From an uncultured Pseudomonadales bacterium (GTDB taxonomy: Bacteria > Patescibacteriota > Microgenomatia > UBA1400 > UBA1396): a stretch of DNA of 64,000 nucleotides. Each line of letters begins with the position of its first letter. The stretch's first letter is position 1. This document shows, one piece after another, positions 17,411 to 27,479 of this stretch. The translations under genes and the position numbers were made by a program. The DNA is taken from the NCBI GenBank assembly GCA_964511175.1, contig CAZEEI010000002.1:66063-130062 (forward strand). Reading direction: 5' to 3'. Below the pieces are notes generated by a model, which saw nothing but the letters and a program-made list of their open reading frames with translations, did no database searches and was not told where the DNA came from.

Positions 17411-18451
17411 GTGTTAACAAACGACTTAACTTTAATCGATGCGGCTTGGTGGGTGGGCGGGAACCGACGCCGTGGTATCGGTAAATACTTGGCTTATTTC
17501 TTTGAATATGTCTTTCCAGTTAAAGCGGCGGCGCGGGTTTGGTTGTTTCCGGCGACGGTTCCCGCCCGCGAGATAGCTGACTTTACGGCGCGTTTTGGCG
17601 GTAAAGCTGAGATTATCAACACTGCTGATTCGGCCGAACAACAGGCTCAGTGGCTCACTGAACTAATCGAACGTTATTCAGTTAAACGAGTTCTATTTAG
17701 CTCGCCGTTTGAGCGGCCTTGGTCATTGCTAGACCACGTCCCACTATTTATTGCCCACAAAATCCCTACACAGGCGATTGTTTTTGATCTTTTGCCGCTA
17801 CAGTTTACCAAAGAAATCTTGGCCACTTGGCCTCTAGCCGAACAGAAGATCTACCGCACGCGCGCCAGTCACTTGCGGTTGCTAGACGCCTATTGGGCCA
17901 TCTCACCCCAAACTGCCCATTCTCTGGAACGTTTGCTGGCGGTGGCAGCGGACCGAATTCAAATTTTGAAGTTTGGTTTAACGACTGCTTGGTTAAAGCC
18001 GCCGCCCCGCGGTACACCGCCAACCTGGCCGCATCCGGAAAAAAAAGCTGCTTTAACTATTTCCGGCGGTGAGTGGCGCAAAAATTTAGCCGGAACTTTA
18101 GCCTATTTTGCCCGCAAACTAATGAACAGCCACGATTTAGCGATTATCTGCCGTCTAAGTTTACGCGAACATTTTCGTTTGCGCCGGCAGACTTTGCAGT
18201 CGGATTCTTATAACGCCGTACGTTTTTTGGGCGAAGTAAACGAGCGGGACAAATGGCGCTACTTGTACAGTACTGATATCTTTCTGTTTTTGTCTTTAGC
18301 CGAAGGTTTGGGGATTCCATTACTAGAGGCGCGCGCCGCTGGTGTGCCTCGTGTGATCATTAGTCAGGAATTATATGACCAGGGATTTCACAAACTAGTA
18401 CCAGGTTGTGAGGTGGTAAAAACTACACCAACTCGCGGATCAATTGGTTAA
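17411..18451 (+). CDS. GT4-family (GT-B) glycosyltransferase-like protein, divergent
   Basis: N-terminal G.GKY motif (GIGKYL) and the C-terminal GT4 E-x7-E region (LAEGLGIPLLEARAAGVPRVI). The core is divergent. Confidence 0.4.
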   Translation: MLTNDLTLIDAAWWVGGNRRRGIGKYLAYFFEYVFPVKAAARVWLFPATVPAREIADFTARFGGKAEIINTADSAEQQAQWLTELIERYSVKRVLFSSPFERPWSLLDHVPLFIAHKIPTQAIVFDLLPLQFTKEILATWPLAEQKIYRTRASHLRLLDAYWAISPQTAHSLERLLAVAADRIQILKFGLTTAWLKPPPRGTPPTWPHPEKKAALTISGGEWRKNLAGTLAYFARKLMNSHDLAIICRLSLREHFRLRRQTLQSDSYNAVRFLGEVNERDKWRYLYSTDIFLFLSLAEGLGIPLLEARAAGVPRVIISQELYDQGFHKLVPGCEVVKTTPTRGSIG

Positions 18452-18860
18452 CCCGACCGCCATCCGCGCGACCCGCGGCTTGTTGCATAACTTTGCCGGT
18501 GAGTGGTCCAGGCTGGATGTTCGGATTTTCACCTTTGATTTGGGTGATTAAAGCCTTAAGCTCATCATCGCTGAGAGCTGGCGGCAGATAACCGCGCATT
18601 AGGGCTAATTTTTCCGTTTCTTCTTCAACTAAATCGGCTCGGCCACCTGCCGCGTATTGTTCGATGGCTTCTTCGGTGTTTTTGACGACCCGTTTCACCA
18701 CCTGCTGAAATTCGGCAGTAGTGAGCGGTGCGTGATCAGGCTTATCGATTTGAAAGTTCTTAACCTGAGCCAAGAGGTAACGTACGGCTTCCAAACCGCG
18801 CTTATTGCCGCTACGGAGCGCTTTTTTGAGGTCTTCGGTAAGAGTAGCGGTGACGTCCAT
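18423..18860 (-). CDS. GatB/YqeY domain protein
   Basis: The full-length pattern (LTEDLKKALRSGNKRGLEAVRYLLAQVKN...GKVMQQ) matches the YqeY family. It overlaps the upstream convergent gene by 29 nt. Confidence 0.7.
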   Translation of the reverse strand: MDVTATLTEDLKKALRSGNKRGLEAVRYLLAQVKNFQIDKPDHAPLTTAEFQQVVKRVVKNTEEAIEQYAAGGRADLVEEETEKLALMRGYLPPALSDDELKALITQIKGENPNIQPGPLTGKVMQQAAGRADGGRVNQLIRELV

Positions 18861-18894
18861 ATCGCCTTAGTATAGCAGATGCTATGATGAAATT

Positions 18895-19881
18895 ATGAGC
18901 GAAGGGATCTTTGACCGGGTTCTCTTAACCGGTGGTGGTGGTTTTATCGGTTCTAACCTTTTGGGGGAAATTCGCCGCCGGTATTCTGGCAGCCACGTGA
19001 CCGTAATCGATAATTGGCTGACTGGCCGGCCGGAAAACCTGGAACCATGGCGAACCGATCCACAAGTTGAGTTAATTGAACATGATTTAACTGACGCGGT
19101 GTGGTTAACTTCCTGGTTGAACCAGTCAACTGAGCAGCCCTTTACGCTCATTCTCCATTTTGCTTCGCCCGCCAGTCCGCCCCGCTATCGGGTTGAACCG
19201 ATTCGCACTTATTTAGTCAATACTCTCGCCACACATCAGTTATGCCAGTACGCTTGGTCGGCTGGCGCGCGCCTCCTCTTTGCTTCTACTTCCGAAGTTT
19301 ACGGTGATCCGCTAATTCATCCCCAAGCTGAATCTTATTGGGGCAATGTTAATCCCAATGGACCACGCTCCTGTTATGATGAGGCAAAACGCCTGGGTGA
19401 AACTATTTGTGGCGTGCACTACCGCGATTTTGGTGTTGATACCCGTATTGTTCGCATTTTTAACACCTATGGCCCCAATATGGATCCCTATGATGGGCGA
19501 GTCATTCCCGATTTTTGCCTAAATGCTTTACAAGGCCAGCCGCTGGCGGTATTTGGTGACGGGCAGCAGACTCGCTCTTTTTGCTACATCGACGATTTGG
19601 TAGCAGGGATTTTAGCCTTCGCACAGCGTGAGGGTTTGGCTGGGGAGACGATTAATTTGGGCAACACACACGAATTTACCATCCAAGAATTAGCGGCCGA
19701 ATTAGAAAAAATTATTGGACATGAGCTCGAAAGAGAACGTTGTCCTCTACCCACCGATGATCCCCAACGCCGTCGGCCGCAAATTACTAAAGCTCAACAG
19801 TTATTGGGCTGGGAGCCGCAAATTGACCTTGCTACTGGTTTACGTCGCACTTACCGTTACTTTGCTGGACTATTGGCATGA
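18895..19881 (+). CDS. UDP-glucuronate decarboxylase (UDP-xylose synthase)-like extended SDR
   Basis: NAD loop TGGGGFIGSNL, HFASPASP, the catalytic YDEAKR triad and TSEVYGDP are all characteristic of UXS/ArnA-decarboxylase-type SDRs. Confidence 0.7.
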   Translation: MSEGIFDRVLLTGGGGFIGSNLLGEIRRRYSGSHVTVIDNWLTGRPENLEPWRTDPQVELIEHDLTDAVWLTSWLNQSTEQPFTLILHFASPASPPRYRVEPIRTYLVNTLATHQLCQYAWSAGARLLFASTSEVYGDPLIHPQAESYWGNVNPNGPRSCYDEAKRLGETICGVHYRDFGVDTRIVRIFNTYGPNMDPYDGRVIPDFCLNALQGQPLAVFGDGQQTRSFCYIDDLVAGILAFAQREGLAGETINLGNTHEFTIQELAAELEKIIGHELERERCPLPTDDPQRRRPQITKAQQLLGWEPQIDLATGLRRTYRYFAGLLA

Positions 19882-21335
19882 AGAAGTTAACCGACAGTCG
19901 TTTTACTTACGGGGTAGGAGTATTACTGCTCGTAGCTTTGGTATTACGTTGGCCTTTTCTGTCGGGGTCATTTTGGTTAGATGAGGCCGCCCAAGCTTTA
20001 GAAAGCGCCCGCCCGCTGGCGCAGCAGTTGGCAATTAGTGCTGATTTTCAACCGCCTTTGTTTCATTTAGTGGTTTATGTTTTAGCGCGTTTTTCTCACC
20101 AAGAGTGGTGGTTGCGCTTAGCCTCGCTTGCGCCAGGTCTGTTAAGCATTGTTTGGACAGTTCGTTTGGCCCGTCGCCGCCTGGATAATGAATCAGCTTT
20201 GGTGGCTGGGGCAGTCTTAACCTTTTCTGCCCTGCATATTTTTTTCTCACAGGAACTACGGCCCTACTCCTTGGCAGTTTGGTGGGCGGTGGCCTCTTGG
20301 GATGCCCTAGACCGCCGCCGTTGGCGTTGCTTGGCCTTAACTACCGCGGCCGGACTATATACTTCCTATGTTTTTATTTTTTGGCCATTGGCTCTGTTGG
20401 TACTAGCAGTACTGCAGCGTTCCTGGCGGATCGCGTGGCGTTCTTTGGCGGTAAGCGGTATCTTTTTTTTGGCCTGGTACCCCTTTTTGCGCGCCCAGCT
20501 GGCGGCTGGGGCAGCGCTGCGCCAAAGTTTACCTGGCTGGGAGCAGGTGGTTTCTTTGCCGCAAGCTAAAGCGCTATTGCTCACCATTACTAAGTTTTTG
20601 GTGGGTCCCATGCTGGTTGATTTCACCTGGCTCTACCTTGTAGTCATAGGTGGTACGGTAGCAGGGGGTGGTTTAGTCTTAGTTTGGCTTTGGTGCCGCG
20701 GCACGACTGCATCTCGGCAGAAATGGTTGGAATTAAATCTAGTTTTAATTTTGCCTTTGTTGGCCGCCTGGTTGTTTTCCTTTTTGGTGCCGGTGGTACA
20801 GCCCAAACGTGTGCTTTTTCTTTACCCGGCCTTAGCACTGTTACTGGCTCATTTTTGGTTCAGTCGGCACTGGGCGGCGCGTTGGTTAGTAGCTGTTTTC
20901 TTTGTCTGGCAAATGGTCGCCATTGGGGGTTATTGGTTGCAACCAGCTTGGCAGCGTGAAAATTGGCGATCGGCCATCACCACGATCGAAGATAATTTTT
21001 CGACTGCCAACACAGCGATTATTTTTAGTTTTAATGCCCCTTTTGCTCCCTGGGATTGGTATTCGCGAGAGGAGTTTACTACCTATCAAACTGGCCTAGC
21101 CCCATTGCAGAGTTTAGCCGAACTCGACAGTAAGCTGGTTGGTATGGAACGCTACCGCTACGTGATCGTGTTCGATTATTTGCGTGACCTAACCGATCCC
21201 TACCGCCTAATTGATGCTTATCTCCAACAAAAGGAATACCGTGAACTTGGTAGTTATACTTATGCTAATCTGGGTGTAATCCGGGTATGGGAACAAAGTA
21301 AGCTGTATGCAGGAATTAGCCATGAACCGTCTTGA
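19878..21335 (+). CDS. GT-C fold membrane glycosyltransferase (GT39/GT83 PMT/ArnT-like)
   Basis: More than 10 TM helices. The first extracytoplasmic loop carries the acidic DE motif (SFWLDEAAQA) typical of polyprenyl-phosphate-sugar-dependent GT-C enzymes. Confidence 0.55.
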   Translation: MKKLTDSRFTYGVGVLLLVALVLRWPFLSGSFWLDEAAQALESARPLAQQLAISADFQPPLFHLVVYVLARFSHQEWWLRLASLAPGLLSIVWTVRLARRRLDNESALVAGAVLTFSALHIFFSQELRPYSLAVWWAVASWDALDRRRWRCLALTTAAGLYTSYVFIFWPLALLVLAVLQRSWRIAWRSLAVSGIFFLAWYPFLRAQLAAGAALRQSLPGWEQVVSLPQAKALLLTITKFLVGPMLVDFTWLYLVVIGGTVAGGGLVLVWLWCRGTTASRQKWLELNLVLILPLLAAWLFSFLVPVVQPKRVLFLYPALALLLAHFWFSRHWAARWLVAVFFVWQMVAIGGYWLQPAWQRENWRSAITTIEDNFSTANTAIIFSFNAPFAPWDWYSREEFTTYQTGLAPLQSLAELDSKLVGMERYRYVIVFDYLRDLTDPYRLIDAYLQQKEYRELGSYTYANLGVIRVWEQSKLYAGISHEPS

Positions 21336-22440
21336 CCAAGTTAAGGTTTTAATCGATGTTTCAGCCCTACCATATGGACGGGGGGTGTCGCGCTATACCA
21401 GCAATCTGGTTCAGTCTTTGGCCGCACGACCAGATATTAAACTCAGTCTTTTTGGCACAGCTTACCAACATTACCAAGAGTTGGCGCAGTGGTCTGACCA
21501 GTTTGGTGCAGATGTAACCAAACATATTTGGCGGTGTCCGCCGCGGGTCTTACAGGCCAGTTGGCGACTAGCCGGTGTTCCCAAGATAGAGTGGATTGAT
21601 GCCGCAACCGAAGTTTTTCACGCCTGGGATTGGCAGTTAGCACCACTAGGTCGTGTCCCACAGGTAGTAACGATTCACGATTTAGCCTACAAGCTTTTTC
21701 CGGAAACAGCTCACACGGCAGTTAGACAGCAGTATGATCGCTTACTACATACACTCGAGCAGTATACTGATCTGCAGATTATTGCGGTATCCCACGCCAC
21801 CAAAGCTGACATTGTTAACTTAACTGCCATCAGCCCGGAACGTATCCATGTTGTCTATGAAGCCTTGCCGGAGGAAGCTCGTTATGTCCCCTCGGAAGAA
21901 GAACGTAGTGCGGTTTTAGTGCAAAAGAATCTCCATCGTCCTTTCCTGTTAACCGTTGGCACCACCGAACCCCGTAAGAACTTAAGACGGGTCATTGAAG
22001 CTTGGCAGCGGTTACGTGATCGCTTTGATTTAGTTATTGCCGGTGCGGCCGGTTGGGAGGTGCTTGCGCCTGAACCAGGCATCCACTTTTTGGGATATGT
22101 TTCGCCAGAGGAATTAGCTAGCCTCTACCGCAGTGCTCATGCTTTGGTTTATGTCTCCCTGTATGAAGGTTTTGGTTTGCCGATCTTAGAAGCTTATTTT
22201 CACCGTTGTCCGGTGGTGAGTTCCAATGTGTCCAGTATGGCGGAAATTGCTGGTTCGCCAGCCATTTTAGTTGATCCTTATAATGTGGAAATGATTGCTG
22301 AGGCCTGCTTAGCTATTGAAGATGCCGATAGTGCGGCGCGTAAACGTCGTATTAAGGATATGGATTTGGTGCTTCAGAATTTTTCTTGGACTCGGGCGGC
22401 TGAGGATACGGTTAATGTATATCAGATTACTCGAAGGTGA
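21322..22440 (+). CDS. GT4-family glycosyltransferase
   Basis: N-terminal GVSRYT motif and C-terminal EGFGLPILEA. Start chosen at the internal MNRLDQ to limit overlap. Confidence 0.7.
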   Translation: MNRLDQVKVLIDVSALPYGRGVSRYTSNLVQSLAARPDIKLSLFGTAYQHYQELAQWSDQFGADVTKHIWRCPPRVLQASWRLAGVPKIEWIDAATEVFHAWDWQLAPLGRVPQVVTIHDLAYKLFPETAHTAVRQQYDRLLHTLEQYTDLQIIAVSHATKADIVNLTAISPERIHVVYEALPEEARYVPSEEERSAVLVQKNLHRPFLLTVGTTEPRKNLRRVIEAWQRLRDRFDLVIAGAAGWEVLAPEPGIHFLGYVSPEELASLYRSAHALVYVSLYEGFGLPILEAYFHRCPVVSSNVSSMAEIAGSPAILVDPYNVEMIAEACLAIEDADSAARKRRIKDMDLVLQNFSWTRAAEDTVNVYQITRR

Positions 22441-22445
22441 AAAAT

Positions 22446-23585
22446 ATGAAAATATATCGATTAGGCATTGACGGCAATGAGGCTAACGTTATTAACCGGG
22501 TAGGTAGCAATGTTTTTGCTTGGGAGTTACTGCAGGCTTTATATCGTTATTGGGCTAAAACTCAGAATTGGGCAGTAACCATTTATTTAAGTACCCCGCC
22601 AGTCAATGGTTGGCCGCAACCAACTAGTTGGTGGCGGTACCGAGTGATTCCGCCAGCTAAGTTATGGACTCAGTGGCGATTACCGTTGGAGTTATACCAG
22701 CATTGTCAGCTTGATCTTTTTTTCTCGCCTGGACATTACCTGCCGCGCTGGTCACCTGTACCCACTGTACCCACGATTATGGATTTAGCTTTTGAGTACT
22801 ATCCTACTTATTTCCGTCAAGCGGATTATTTACAGTTACACAACTGGACACGTCGTAGTGTAGAGCAAGCGCGGCACATTTTTGCCATCTCCGAATCAAC
22901 GCGTCAGGATATCAGTCAGCACTATGGTCGGCGCAAAAGCGACATTACGGTAATTTACCCGGCAGTGAAAAGTATGAAAAAACTAAATGCCGCTGAAGTA
23001 AAACAGTCTTTGGCCAAACTAAAACTCGAACCCCCTTATTTGTTATACGTTGGCACTTTGCAGCCGCGCAAAAATATTGAACGCCTAATTGGCGCTTTTG
23101 AACAATTGGCTCAAAAAAATTGGCCAGGATCTTTGGTTTTGGCTGGCAAAAATGGTTGGTTGAGTGAACCAATTCAGGCTAGGATTGCCGCTTCGCCCTA
23201 CCGCGAACGCATTCGGCAAACTGGTTTTGTTGACGAAATAACCAAAAGAGCCTTAATTCAGGGAGCAGAGTGTAGTGTACTGGTTAGTTTGTATGAAGGT
23301 TTCGGCATCCCACCTTTGGAGTCAATTCAACTGGGCACCATTCCGGTAGTGAGCAGTAATTCTTCTTTGCCCGAAGTAGTGGGGACGGGCGGCTCCTTTG
23401 TGGATCCGTTGGTGGAAAGCGATATTGCCCGTGGTTTGGAAGAGGTGATTAATCTAGATCATAACGAACGTGATAAACGTTTAGGACAGATGCTGGCTCA
23501 TACCTCCCAGTTTTCTTGGGAAGCCAGTGCTCAACGGGCCGATGCGGTGCTGTTAAGTCTGGTCAGCGGCACGCATGTACTATGA
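22446..23585 (+). CDS. GT4-family glycosyltransferase
   Basis: C-terminal EGFGIPPLES motif and G-rich N-terminal domain. Tandem with the previous GT4. Confidence 0.7.
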   Translation: MKIYRLGIDGNEANVINRVGSNVFAWELLQALYRYWAKTQNWAVTIYLSTPPVNGWPQPTSWWRYRVIPPAKLWTQWRLPLELYQHCQLDLFFSPGHYLPRWSPVPTVPTIMDLAFEYYPTYFRQADYLQLHNWTRRSVEQARHIFAISESTRQDISQHYGRRKSDITVIYPAVKSMKKLNAAEVKQSLAKLKLEPPYLLYVGTLQPRKNIERLIGAFEQLAQKNWPGSLVLAGKNGWLSEPIQARIAASPYRERIRQTGFVDEITKRALIQGAECSVLVSLYEGFGIPPLESIQLGTIPVVSSNSSLPEVVGTGGSFVDPLVESDIARGLEEVINLDHNERDKRLGQMLAHTSQFSWEASAQRADAVLLSLVSGTHVL

Positions 23586-24067
23586 AAGTAATTGGTATTG
23601 ACCCAGGCTATGACCGTTGTGGCTGGGCAGTGGTTGAGCAATCAGGTAATCGCTACCAAGCTCTTGATTGCGGTTGTTGGCAAACCAATCGTCAGGACGA
23701 CAAATGGCATCGTTATGACCAACTACGAATTGCTTTTGCCAAATTAATTGATCAATACCAGCCGGAGGTGATGGCGATTGAATCACTTTATTTTTCGCGT
23801 AACGTCTCTACCGCTTTGCCGGTGAGTGAAGTACGCGGCCTTCTATTTGGTTTAGCTCTAGCCGCCCAGATACCGATCGTTGAGTACACGCCAGCCACGG
23901 TAAAATTAGCGGTCACCGGCTATGGTCGGGCGGATAAGACGCAAGTGACTAAAATGGTGATTTTGTTACTCAAACTTGCCAAAACTCCCTTGATTGACGA
24001 TACTGGGGATGCTCTGGCGGTAGCCCTAACCCATTTGTTACAGCACCGTCCTGACCAAAAGTTATGA
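23582..24067 (+). CDS. ruvC: crossover junction endodeoxyribonuclease RuvC
   Basis: MKVIGIDPGYDRCGWAV with the catalytic Asp in IGIDPG. The ATG overlaps the GT4 stop as ATGA. Confidence 0.85.
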   Translation: MKVIGIDPGYDRCGWAVVEQSGNRYQALDCGCWQTNRQDDKWHRYDQLRIAFAKLIDQYQPEVMAIESLYFSRNVSTALPVSEVRGLLFGLALAAQIPIVEYTPATVKLAVTGYGRADKTQVTKMVILLLKLAKTPLIDDTGDALAVALTHLLQHRPDQKL

Positions 24068-24639
24068 TTCGCTTACTAACCGGCACCATTGTTGAAACCT
24101 TCGGCGAAGGGATAATTCTGGATGTGCAGGGAGTGGGGTACGAGATTTGGCTTGGCCCCCAGGCACGGCAACAGTTACTGGTTGGTCAGACAGCATCACT
24201 GCCGATTTATTGCCACGTGCGGCAAGACGTTCTGCAGCTGTTTGGTTTTTTGGATACCGATCAGCGACAGTTATTCACCCAATTACTGGCAGTAAGCGGC
24301 GTTGGTCCCAAATCCGCCTTGCAGATTACCGATCGGGGCGGCGAGGCGGTGCGGCAGGCTCTACGCGCCTCCAATGTGGCCTTTTTCCAAAGCATTCCGC
24401 GCTTGGGTAAAAAGACGGCTCAGAAGATCATTGTGGAATTGCAGTCTAAATTTGGTGCTACTACCGAGTGGTCTTTACCACCTATCGATTCAATTCAGTA
24501 TGATGTGCGGGAAGCGTTGCTGGGATTGGGCTATAGTGAAGCGGCAATTCAGGCGGTCCTACCTCAACTGGAACAAGATTGGCCGCTGGCGCAAGCGATT
24601 AAGTTTGCCCTCAAGCAACTAGGGAGTAAGCATGGATAA
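24064..24639 (+). CDS. ruvA: Holliday junction branch migration protein RuvA
   Basis: The N-terminal OB domain (MIRLLTGTIVE...GVGYEI) and HhH motifs (VSGVGPKSALQI) match RuvA. Confidence 0.85.
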   Translation: MIRLLTGTIVETFGEGIILDVQGVGYEIWLGPQARQQLLVGQTASLPIYCHVRQDVLQLFGFLDTDQRQLFTQLLAVSGVGPKSALQITDRGGEAVRQALRASNVAFFQSIPRLGKKTAQKIIVELQSKFGATTEWSLPPIDSIQYDVREALLGLGYSEAAIQAVLPQLEQDWPLAQAIKFALKQLGSKHG

Positions 24640-25588
24640 GTTACTGGTTAGCGGTGTAACACCGGAAGAGGAACGGCTATTTACCTCTTTGCGGGCGGCC
24701 GCGTGGGATGAGTTTCAGGGGCAAATTAAAGTTAAGGAAGCGCTACAGGTTGCCGTCGCGGCCGCCCGCCAACGCCAGGAAGCTTTAGAACACACCTTGT
24801 TTTACGGTCCGCCGGGATTAGGTAAAACGACGTTGTCGCACCTCATCGCTCAGGAGATGAAAGGCAATTTGCGTACGGCAACCGGTACCAGTCTCACCAA
24901 GATCGGTGACTTGGCGGCCATTCTAACCAACCTGGAGCCGTACGACATTTTATTTATCGATGAAATCCACCGCCTACCCCAAGCGATTGAAGAGACGCTT
25001 TATCCAGCCATGGAAGATTTTGTATTGGATATTGTGCTGGGCAAAGGACCGGCGGCGCGGGTGGTACGTATCGATTTACCACCGTTTACCTTAGTGGGAG
25101 CGACGACGCGTTTTGGTGCTTTATCCGGTCCATTCCGCGACCGCTTTGGCATGGTGCACCGCGTGACTTACTATGAACCAAGCGATCTAGCCAGTATTAT
25201 TCGTCAGGCAGCCGCTAAGTTGAAGATTAAAATTAACGAACCGGAAAGCCGTTTATTGGCTCAGCGTTCGCGTGGTACACCGCGGATTGCCCTGCGTTTG
25301 CTCAAACGGGTGCGGGACGTAATGCAGTTGGCTGGCAAGGATACCATCGATCAACAGCACATCAACGAAGCGTTGCGCCTGCAACAAGTCGACGCCGAAG
25401 GATTGGACGAACCTGATCGGCGCTATCTACAAGTGTTAACTAAACAGTTTGGCGGTGGTCCAGTCGGTTTGCAAACCATGGCGGCCGCACTATCGGAAGA
25501 TACTGGTACTTTGGAGGAAGTGATTGAACCCTACTTAATGCAGATTGGTAAGATTAAGCGGACCGCGCGCGGCCGTATGTTAATATAG
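24632..25588 (+). CDS. ruvB: Holliday junction ATP-dependent DNA helicase RuvB
   Basis: Walker A GPPGLGKTT, Walker B LFIDEIHRL, the sensor and the winged-helix C-terminus. Confidence 0.9.
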   Translation: MDKLLVSGVTPEEERLFTSLRAAAWDEFQGQIKVKEALQVAVAAARQRQEALEHTLFYGPPGLGKTTLSHLIAQEMKGNLRTATGTSLTKIGDLAAILTNLEPYDILFIDEIHRLPQAIEETLYPAMEDFVLDIVLGKGPAARVVRIDLPPFTLVGATTRFGALSGPFRDRFGMVHRVTYYEPSDLASIIRQAAAKLKIKINEPESRLLAQRSRGTPRIALRLLKRVRDVMQLAGKDTIDQQHINEALRLQQVDAEGLDEPDRRYLQVLTKQFGGGPVGLQTMAAALSEDTGTLEEVIEPYLMQIGKIKRTARGRMLI

Positions 25589-25634
25589 GGGCCAATATCA
25601 CCTTTAGCCGAAGAGGTGGTACGATAAAGCAAAT

Positions 25635-26240
25635 ATGTCCTCACCTTTTCATGACCGCATGGGTCAATCCCTATCTTGGAGTCAAGCCGTCCGCAAAATT
25701 CTACGCCGCTGGTGGTCTTATTTGGAAGATTTAGAACTACTGTGGTTGTCGCTGGTAGCGGTAGTGCCGCTCCATTGGTTCCGCCGTTTGTTCTTTCGTC
25801 TCTCGGGAGTGAAAATCGGGAAAAACAGTACCATTCACATTGGTGCCCGCTTTTACGCGCCGCGCGGAGTGCGTATTGGTGAGGGGACTCTGGTGGGCGA
25901 CCACGTGGTTTTAGACGGTCGGGCGCCGCTGCAAATTGGTAATCACGTTGATATTGCTTCAGAGGTGATGATTTACAACGGTGAGCACAATATCCAAGCG
26001 GAAGATTTCCGGCCGGTTGAAGCGCCGGTTACGATTGGTGATTACGTGTTTATCGGGCCACGAGCCATTGTTTTGCCAGGGGTGAAAGTCGGCCGCGGGG
26101 CAGTTGTGGCGGCGGGTGCGGTAGTTACCAAGGATGTGCCGGAACAGGCGATGGTGGGTGGTGTGCCGGCTAAAGTTATCGGCGAACGGTCTTTGACCGA
26201 TTTTCACTACCGCCTCGGGCGGCCGCGACTGTTTCAGTAA
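25635..26240 (+). CDS. hexapeptide-repeat (LbH) acetyltransferase, WcaF/maltose-O-acetyltransferase-like
   Basis: Repeated [LIV]G.... hexapeptides ([52 protein letters not shown]). Confidence 0.7.
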   Translation: MSSPFHDRMGQSLSWSQAVRKILRRWWSYLEDLELLWLSLVAVVPLHWFRRLFFRLSGVKIGKNSTIHIGARFYAPRGVRIGEGTLVGDHVVLDGRAPLQIGNHVDIASEVMIYNGEHNIQAEDFRPVEAPVTIGDYVFIGPRAIVLPGVKVGRGAVVAAGAVVTKDVPEQAMVGGVPAKVIGERSLTDFHYRLGRPRLFQ

Positions 26241-26973
26241 AATTTTTACCTGGGTAGAACGCGCAGAGATTCCAGCTACGGCTTTCGTCAGTCATAAATA
26301 AAGTTGCTTCATTTAGTTGAGATGTCGTAATTTGACGTAATAAATCTTTGGCGATGGAGTCTGATGGATCGCTTAAATCAATCCAACCACGTCGACTTTG
26401 TTTAACATGAAAAAGGTGTCCGATAAGACCTTCTTCAGTAGTAAAACACAGAGCCAGAGTAGTTTGCCAACCACGGTGCTGATAATCGGCAACTTGGTCT
26501 AGGGTAGCCCGTTGAAAACAAAGTGCTGCATCGGCTGGTAATAAATTCTGTTTTTGCAAAGAAGATAATTCTTGCCGATATAAATACTGAGCCAATTTGT
26601 TTTCATAGCGAATAGCAGCTGACAAAATTTTAGGAGCTCGGGTTAGTTCATGAAAGAGGAAAGCACCCGGAGATAAATAAGCAACGGCTATTTGTTTTTT
26701 ACGTAGATGGTCGTGCTGTAAACGGTTAGTGGCGACTATTTGTTGTTGACGCTGCCGCCGCATTGATTGGGGCGGGTAGAGGTTCAGCGGCAATCCAGCC
26801 TGTTTGAGCATAGAGCGCCAGGCACGAACCACGCAAAGTCCAGATTGACCTTCGCGGGCTTGTTGCATTTCTGCCAGGCCCTGTTCAATTAAAGCTAGAG
26901 TTTCAGAATTATGGGCTTTAGACACAGTGCTTATTTTAACACCATCTTCGCCTTTTCTTAGTGTTGCTATCAC
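26176..26973 (-). CDS. hypothetical protein
   Basis: A long ORF on the minus strand with no recognised motif. Its 3' end overlaps the convergent acetyltransferase by 65 nt. Confidence 0.3.
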   Translation of the reverse strand: MIATLRKGEDGVKISTVSKAHNSETLALIEQGLAEMQQAREGQSGLCVVRAWRSMLKQAGLPLNLYPPQSMRRQRQQQIVATNRLQHDHLRKKQIAVAYLSPGAFLFHELTRAPKILSAAIRYENKLAQYLYRQELSSLQKQNLLPADAALCFQRATLDQVADYQHRGWQTTLALCFTTEEGLIGHLFHVKQSRRGWIDLSDPSDSIAKDLLRQITTSQLNEATLFMTDESRSWNLCAFYPGKNFTETVAAARGGSENRSKTVRR

Positions 26974-27038
26974 GCCTTTTTGCGTTTATAACTATCAATA
27001 GGGAGAAAAAGGAAAAAAGTCCTAGAATAAAATACGAG

Positions 27039-27479
27039 ATGTTAATCGGCAAATCCTACCACCTACTTGATTCGCAGCGGCGGGTGACTATTCCCAAAAA
27101 CCTGCGTGGTGAACTAGGATCACAGCCTATTTTGACGCGCGGCCTGGATGGGGGTATTTTCCTTTTGCCGGAAGTTTTTTGGTTCACCCTAGTTAACAAC
27201 CTTGAAAATCAAACCTTTACCAAAAAGAAAGCGCGTGACTTTTTGCGCTTGATGAGCAACGACGCTTACCCGGTGGAGCCGGATCGATTAGGGCGCATCA
27301 CGATTGCCGAATCACTGGCTACTCTGGCCGGTTTACGTAAAGAAGTGGTGGTAGTCGGTTCCCTGCAGTATGCCGAAATCTGGGATCGGGATAAATACCA
27401 TCAGTATTTAGACTCATTGTCCGGTGAAACGGAGAACATCGCCGAGTCGCTGGAGTGGGGAGAGACTTATGCATGTTAG
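27039..27479 (+). CDS. mraZ: transcriptional regulator MraZ
   Basis: Duplicated MraZ half-domains with DxxxR motifs (LDSQRRVTIP..., VEPDRLGRITIA). Start set at the internal MLIGKSYH. Confidence 0.8.
   Translation: MLIGKSYHLLDSQRRVTIPKNLRGELGSQPILTRGLDGGIFLLPEVFWFTLVNNLENQTFTKKKARDFLRLMSNDAYPVEPDRLGRITIAESLATLAGLRKEVVVVGSLQYAEIWDRDKYHQYLDSLSGETENIAESLEWGETYAC

Noticed and set aside
26176-26240. 65-nt convergent 3' overlap between the LbH acetyltransferase and the minus-strand hypothetical ORF
   Set aside because: It is a possible sign that one gene is mis-called. Both stops are fixed by sequence and both ORFs are long, so it is left as a genuine overlap rather than a finding.
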